From assembly GCF_000011805.1 (NCBI RefSeq), contig NC_006840.2: DNA of 32,000 nt, one strand, 5' to 3'. The DNA is from Aliivibrio fischeri ES114 (lineage in GTDB: Bacteria > Pseudomonadota > Gammaproteobacteria > Enterobacterales > Vibrionaceae). This document shows, in pieces, positions 27,361 through 32,000 of the stretch (positions are counted from its first letter, which is position 1; each line of letters opens with the position of its first letter). The notes below the pieces were generated by a model. The model had not been told where the DNA came from, made no database searches, and was given only the letters and a program-made list of their open reading frames with translations. Both the position numbers and the translations under genes were made by a program.

Positions 27361-28470
27361 TTGAATACACAATCTCAAACCATAGTCGTTAAACTTGGTA
27401 CAAGTGTACTCACCGGTGGCACATTAAAATTAGATAGAGCACATATGGTTGAGTTAGTTCGCCAATGTGTTCAGCTAAAAAAAGCTGGCCATCAAGTTAT
27501 TGTTGTTACGTCTGGCGCAATTGCTGCTGGTCGTGAGCATCTTAACTACCCCGAACTACCCAAAACCATGGCTAACAAGCAGTTATTAGCTGCTGTTGGT
27601 CAAAGTTGCTTAATTCAAGCGTGGCAAAGTTTGTTTGGTATTTATGGTGTTGACGTAGGTCAAATGCTATTAACTCGAGCTGATTTGGATGACCGTGAGC
27701 GTTATTTAAATGCAAGAGATATGCTTCAAGCACTATTAAAAAATAATATCGTTCCTATTGTTAATGAAAATGATGCGGTAGCAACCAATGAAATTAAAGT
27801 TGGTGATAACGATAACCTTTCTGCATTAGTCGGTATTTTAGCGGGTGCAGATAAATTATTATTGTTAACAGACCAATCGGGTCTATTTACCGCTGATCCA
27901 CGTAAAGACCCAAAAGCAGAACTGATCAAAGAAGTTCATACTATCGATGAAACACTACGCAAGATAGCTGGCGGAAGTGGTACAACTCTTGGTACCGGTG
28001 GTATGGCGACGAAGCTGCAAGCTGCTGATGTGGCGCGCCGAGCGGGTATTGAAGTAATTATTGCTGCTGGTAGTGCTGAGAATGTAATTACTGATGTGGT
28101 TAACTCTAAACCTCAAGGTACGAAGTTCTTACCTGTTGAGTGTGCTTTAGAGAGCCGTAAACGTTGGATCTTAGCTGGGCCTCCATCAAAAGGTAGCATT
28201 GTTATTGATGAAGGCGCAGTAAATGCGGTTCAACAAAAAGGCAGCAGTTTATTAAGTAAAGGTATCACTGAAGTATCAGGCCATTTCGTTCGTGGTGGCG
28301 TAGCGAAAATTGTGAATACAAAAGGTGAATTGATTGCTCGTGGTATTTCACGTTATTCAAGTGATGACTTATCTAAGATTTTAGGAAAACACAGTCAGGA
28401 TATTTACGCAGTATTAGGCTACGAATATGGCCCTGTAGCTATCCATCGTGATGATTTAGTACTGATTTAG
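27361..28470 (+). CDS. proB: Glutamate 5-kinase
   Basis: 369 aa with a TTG start. The sequence [14 protein letters not shown]...[19 protein letters not shown]...[21 protein letters not shown], with a PUA domain at the C-terminus, is colinear with E. coli ProB. Confidence 0.93.
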   Translation: MNTQSQTIVVKLGTSVLTGGTLKLDRAHMVELVRQCVQLKKAGHQVIVVTSGAIAAGREHLNYPELPKTMANKQLLAAVGQSCLIQAWQSLFGIYGVDVGQMLLTRADLDDRERYLNARDMLQALLKNNIVPIVNENDAVATNEIKVGDNDNLSALVGILAGADKLLLLTDQSGLFTADPRKDPKAELIKEVHTIDETLRKIAGGSGTTLGTGGMATKLQAADVARRAGIEVIIAAGSAENVITDVVNSKPQGTKFLPVECALESRKRWILAGPPSKGSIVIDEGAVNAVQQKGSSLLSKGITEVSGHFVRGGVAKIVNTKGELIARGISRYSSDDLSKILGKHSQDIYAVLGYEYGPVAIHRDDLVLI

Positions 28471-28484
28471 TAAAAGGATATATT

Positions 28485-29741
28485 GTGAATTTAACAACTA
28501 TGGGTCAAGCAGCTAAAGCCGCTGCATTTGACTTAGCTGTTGCTCCAACAGCGCAAAAGAATAAAGCACTTGCAATTATTGCTGATGAATTAGAAGCAAA
28601 TAAAGATGCGATATTAGCAGCCAATGAAAAAGACATTAAAGCCGCAGTAGAAGCAGGCATTTCTGAAGCGATGCAAGATCGCTTATTACTAACTGAAGAG
28701 CGTTTGGTTGGTATTGCTAATGATGTACGTAATGTTATTAATCTGAACGATCCTGTAGGTAGTGAGATTGACAGTAAAGTACTTGAAAACGGTATGTCAT
28801 TATCACGCCGCCGTGTACCTATTGGGGTTATCGGTGTGATTTATGAAGCTCGCCCAAATGTAACCATTGATATTGCTTCTTTGTGTCTAAAAACAGGAAA
28901 CGCAAGCATTTTACGTGGTGGGAAAGAGACGTTTTTCTCTAATATGGAGTTGGTAAAAGTTATTCAAGTTGCTTTGGAAAAAGCAGGATTACCAGCAGCG
29001 TCTGTTCAATATATCGAAAAGCCAGATCGTGAATTAGTGTCTCAACTTCTGACGATGGATGATTATGTAGATATGATCATTCCACGTGGTGGTGCTGGTT
29101 TACATAAAATGTGTAAAGAAAACAGCTCTATTCCTGTGATCATTGGTGGCTTTGGTATTAGCCATGCGTTTGTTGATGAAAGCGCTGACCTAGAAAGAGC
29201 ATTAGTTGTTGTTGATAACTCAAAAGCACAGCGCCCATCTGCATGTAATGCGCTAGATACTTTATTGGTTCATGAAGCGGTAGCACCACAGTTTTTAGCA
29301 TTACTTGCTAACAATATGGCTGGTCGTGTTGAATTAGTGGCAGAGCCTAAAGCTTACGGACTATTAAAAGAGTTTGAAGGCGTATCATTACGTGAAGCAC
29401 AAGAGGGCGATTTTGATACCGAATGGCTAAGTTACACATTAGGTGTGAAAGTAGTGGCAGATGTGAATGAAGCTGCTGCACATATGCAAAAGCATAACGC
29501 GAGTCATTCAGATACTATTTTAACGAATAATATTGAATCAGCTGAAAAATTTATTAATACAGCTGGCTCTGCTGCAGTATATGTTAATGCATCAACTCGT
29601 TTTACTGATGGTGCTCAATTTGGTTTGGGTGCTGAAGTTGCAGTATCTACTCAGAAGCTTCACGCGCGTGGTCCAATGGGCTTAGAAGAGCTAACAAGCT
29701 ACAAATGGGTAGGTAAAGCGGATTATCTAATCCGTTCTTAA
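28485..29741 (+). CDS. proA: Gamma-glutamyl phosphate reductase
   Basis: 418 aa with a GTG start 8 nt after AAAGGA. ProA motifs are present ([44 protein letters not shown]). Confidence 0.93.
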
Positions 29742-29767
29742 TTCAATACTCTAAAGTACCTATAAAC

Positions 29768-29801
29768 AAAAAAGGTTGACGCCAAAACGTCAACCTTTTT
29801 T
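29768..29801. terminator. Bidirectional rho-independent terminator between proA (+) and lipA (-)
   Basis: A6 - GGTTGACG - CCAAAA - CGTCAACC - T6. Confidence 0.85.
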
Positions 29802-29808
29802 ATTATTC

Positions 29809-29870
29809 AGACCCTAGACCCTAGACCCTAGACCCTAGACCCTAGACCCTAGACCCTAGACCCTAGACCT
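29809..29870. repeat. Perfect tandem heptamer array (AGACCCT)x8 plus a terminal AGACCT. On the minus strand this reads (GGGTCTA)n.
   Basis: Counted directly: eight identical 7-nt units at 29809-29864, then the 6-nt unit at 29865-29870. The last T (29870) is the first base of the lipA stop codon complement (TTA at 29870-72). Confidence 0.98.
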
Positions 29871-30835
29871 TACTTCACTTCTTCGCCTTTAGCTTGAAGA
29901 TCGGCATGGTAAGAAGAGCGAACAAAAGGACCACATGCAGCGTGAGTGAATCCAAGCTCTAATGCGATTTCTTTTAATTCATCAAACTCAGCAGGTGGAA
30001 CGTAGCGCTCTACTGGTAAGTGGTGACGACTTGGTGCTAAGTATTGACCCAGAGTAAGCATGGTTACACCATGAGCTCGTAAGTCTTTTAATACTTCAAC
30101 AATCTCTTCTTTTGTTTCACCTAAGCCCATCATTAGGCCCGATTTAGTTGGAACGTTCGGGTGCTGTTCTTTGAACTTTTTAAGTAGATCTAAAGACCAT
30201 TGGTAATTCGCTCCTGGGCGTACTTTACGGTAAAGACGAGGCGCGGTTTCTAAGTTATGGTTAAATACATCTGGTGGGTTATCGATCATCGCTTCAAGAG
30301 CACGATCCATACGGCCACGGAAATCTGGAACCAATGTTTCAATGCGGATTTCAGGATTTAATGCACGGATTTCACGGTTACAATCTGCAAAATGCTGAGC
30401 ACCACCATCACGTAAATCATCACGGTCAACCGAAGTAATTACAACATACTTCAATTTCATATCTTGAATTGTTTTAGCCAGTTTTTTTGGTTCTTCTGCT
30501 TCTGGTGCAACAGGACGGCCATGGGCTACATCACAGAAAGGACAACGGCGGGTACAGATAGCACCTAAGATCATGAAGGTTGCAGTACCGTGGTTAAAAC
30601 ATTCAGCTAGGTTAGGGCAAGATGCTTCTTCACATACCGAGTGAAGGTTATTCTTACGCATTGCTGACTTGATATCGTCGATACGTTTACTGCTAGCAGG
30701 AAGTTTGATTTTCATCCATTCAGGCTTACGTAGTACTTCTTTTTGCTCTGTAGGCATGTTTTTAACTGGAATTAATGCCATTTTATCGGCATCGCGGTAT
30801 TTTACACCTTTTTCCATTTGGATTGGCTTACTCAT
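29870..30835 (-). CDS. lipA: Lipoyl synthase (radical SAM)
   Basis: 321 aa with [12 protein letters not shown] (auxiliary cluster) and CTRRCPFC (radical-SAM CxxxCxxC). Colinear with E. coli LipA. Confidence 0.96.
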   Translation of the reverse strand: MSKPIQMEKGVKYRDADKMALIPVKNMPTEQKEVLRKPEWMKIKLPASSKRIDDIKSAMRKNNLHSVCEEASCPNLAECFNHGTATFMILGAICTRRCPFCDVAHGRPVAPEAEEPKKLAKTIQDMKLKYVVITSVDRDDLRDGGAQHFADCNREIRALNPEIRIETLVPDFRGRMDRALEAMIDNPPDVFNHNLETAPRLYRKVRPGANYQWSLDLLKKFKEQHPNVPTKSGLMMGLGETKEEIVEVLKDLRAHGVTMLTLGQYLAPSRHHLPVERYVPPAEFDELKEIALELGFTHAACGPFVRSSYHADLQAKGEEVK

Positions 30836-31505
30836 GATTGCTGCTTTCCGTTAAATACTCGATATCAGTGTAATCAAGTAGTGTTGTTAATTCTTTAATC
30901 AGTAAAGGATGAACATCTTCGACGTGTTCTGCTTTATTCTCTACTGTCATGTTATCTTTAACTAAGTCATGAAGTTGGATCATTTCCATACCAGCATAAC
31001 CACAAGGGTTTATACGTAGGAAAGGAGATAAATCCATATTAATGTTAAGTGCTAATCCATGAAATGAACATCCTTTACGGATGCGTAATCCTAATGAGCA
31101 GATTTTCTTGTTATCAACATACACTCCCGGAGCATCAGGACGTGCTGCTGACTCAACATTAAAATGACTTAATGTATTGATTACGGTATTTTCAATATGC
31201 GTTACTAATTCACGTACACCAATGTTTTTACGTCGCAAATTAATTAATACATAAGCAACTAATTGACCCGGACCGTGATAAGTCACTTGTCCACCTCTAT
31301 CGCTTTTTACAATAGGGATATCACCAGCAGCAAGAACGTGTTCTTCTTTGCCTGCTTGTCCTTGTGTAAATACAGGGTTATGTTCCACTAGCCATACTTC
31401 ATCACATGTATTTTCATCACGTTCATCGGTAAAAGTATGCATTGCTTTCCATACCGGTTCGTAATCTTGTCGACCAAGATTTTTAACCACTAGACGTTTG
31501 TTCAA
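30828..31505 (-). CDS. lipB: Octanoyltransferase (lipoate-protein ligase B)
   Basis: 225 aa with a TTG start. The sequence [16 protein letters not shown]...[16 protein letters not shown]...[37 protein letters not shown] is colinear with E. coli LipB. It overlaps lipA by 8 nt. Confidence 0.93.
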   Translation of the reverse strand: MNKRLVVKNLGRQDYEPVWKAMHTFTDERDENTCDEVWLVEHNPVFTQGQAGKEEHVLAAGDIPIVKSDRGGQVTYHGPGQLVAYVLINLRRKNIGVRELVTHIENTVINTLSHFNVESAARPDAPGVYVDNKKICSLGLRIRKGCSFHGLALNINMDLSPFLRINPCGYAGMEMIQLHDLVKDNMTVENKAEHVEDVHPLLIKELTTLLDYTDIEYLTESSNHE

Positions 31506-31593
31506 TTAGATCACACTAGGTTGAAAATTTGCCTAATGATAGCAAGGATAGAAGGGAAGGAATAGATAAGAAATGTAGGGGTATATCAAAAGA

Positions 31594-31631
31594 TCAAAAA
31601 GGTAGGCAATATTATCAACTAATATTGCCTA
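31594..31631 (-). terminator. Rho-independent terminator after ybeD
   Basis: TAGGCAATATTA - 5-nt loop - TAATATTGCCTA (12-bp stem), followed on the minus strand by CCTTTTTGA. Confidence 0.75.
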
Positions 31632-31639
31632 TCATTTTA

Positions 31640-31921
31640 TTACAGAACCATACGAACGATTTCGATTTCCGCTAGTTCTTTATAAAGCGTTTCTACTTGC
31701 TCAATAGAGGTCGCTGTAATGCTTACAGATACTGAGTGGTAGTTACCTTTGCCACTTGGCTTTACTGCTGGTGTGTAATCGCCAGGAGCATGACGTTGGA
31801 TTACTTCAAGAACAAGCTCAGGTAGCTCTTCATGAGCAAGGCCAACGGCTTTGTAAGTAAATTTACATGGGAATTCTAGAAGATCTTTTAGCTTTGGTTG
31901 CTCTTGCATAACCGTCTCCAA
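31640..31921 (-). CDS. ybeD: YbeD/UPF0250 (DUF493) family protein
   Basis: 93 aa containing [17 protein letters not shown]. It lies upstream of lipB, as in Enterobacteria and Vibrio. Confidence 0.85.
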   Translation of the reverse strand: METVMQEQPKLKDLLEFPCKFTYKAVGLAHEELPELVLEVIQRHAPGDYTPAVKPSGKGNYHSVSVSITATSIEQVETLYKELAEIEIVRMVL

Positions 31922-32000
31922 TCGAGAGTGGATAATATATGTTGAGAATATTACTGTGACCTAGGTCAGATAACAAGTGTTAATCCAGTAAATTAAAAAA

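Noticed and set aside
29809-29870. Heptamer array as a CRISPR array, or as eukaryotic (plant-type CCCTAAA) telomere contamination
   Set aside because: There are no spacers between units, so it is not CRISPR. The unit is CCCTAGA, not CCCTAAA, and the array is seamlessly flanked by bacterial proA and lipA sequence, with the lipA stop formed at its edge. It is native to the genome.
31957-31968. Perfect 12-bp palindrome TGACCTAGGTCA about 40 nt upstream of ybeD, sharing GACC(C)TAG with the lipA-distal heptamer repeat
   Set aside because: About 8 perfect 12-bp palindromes are expected by chance in 32 kb (32000/4^6). The similarity to the repeat is only 5-6 nt. It is worth a glance in comparative alignments but is not supportable as a site.
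1-32000. Search for mobile elements, integrons/attC sites, toxin-antitoxin pairs, restriction-modification or other defence genes
   Set aside because: Every ORF of at least 60 aa that is not an antisense or out-of-frame shadow is accounted for by a conserved housekeeping function. I saw no terminal inverted repeats, target-site duplications or tRNA-adjacent junctions, and by eye I noticed no obvious block of atypical base composition.

Overview
This is a core-chromosome segment with gene content and order typical of Vibrionaceae. It is AT-rich, so an Aliivibrio- or Photobacterium-like member is likely, but the taxon is inference only. All 32 protein-coding genes are recognisable housekeeping genes: ispA (partial)-xseB, pomAB, thiI, yajL-panE, ompK/tsx-family porin, ampG, ppiA-yajG, rlmG, bolA, nqrABCDEF, apbE-nqrM, dinB, a signal-peptide-bearing broad-spectrum amino-acid racemase, pepD, an AzgA/NCS2 purine permease with gpt, frsA, proBA, lipA-lipB and ybeD. 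I found no rRNA or tRNA genes, no CRISPR array, no transposase, integrase or phage genes, and no defence-island-like cluster. I therefore do not see a multi-gene novel system here. Two things are not explained by the gene list. (1) A perfect AGACCCT heptamer array lies between the proA/lipA bidirectional terminator and the lipA stop codon. Its G-rich strand, (GGGTCTA)8, fits the G-quadruplex motif. (2) The 830-bp pepD/permease gap holds an orphan plus-strand transcription unit: a PurR-type box, a strong extended -10 promoter, a 28-codon aromatic-rich sORF with a Shine-Dalgarno sequence, a UUCG hairpin, and a 12-bp-stem/T8 terminator that follows no annotated gene. I also located regulatory sites that fit known regulons: a sigma-28 promoter for pomAB, a LexA box for dinB, PurR boxes, and a CRP-like site upstream of ompK. 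About 13 intrinsic terminators are mapped. Several ORF-track starts are corrected (nqrA, apbE, dinB, panE, gpt, frsA, racemase).
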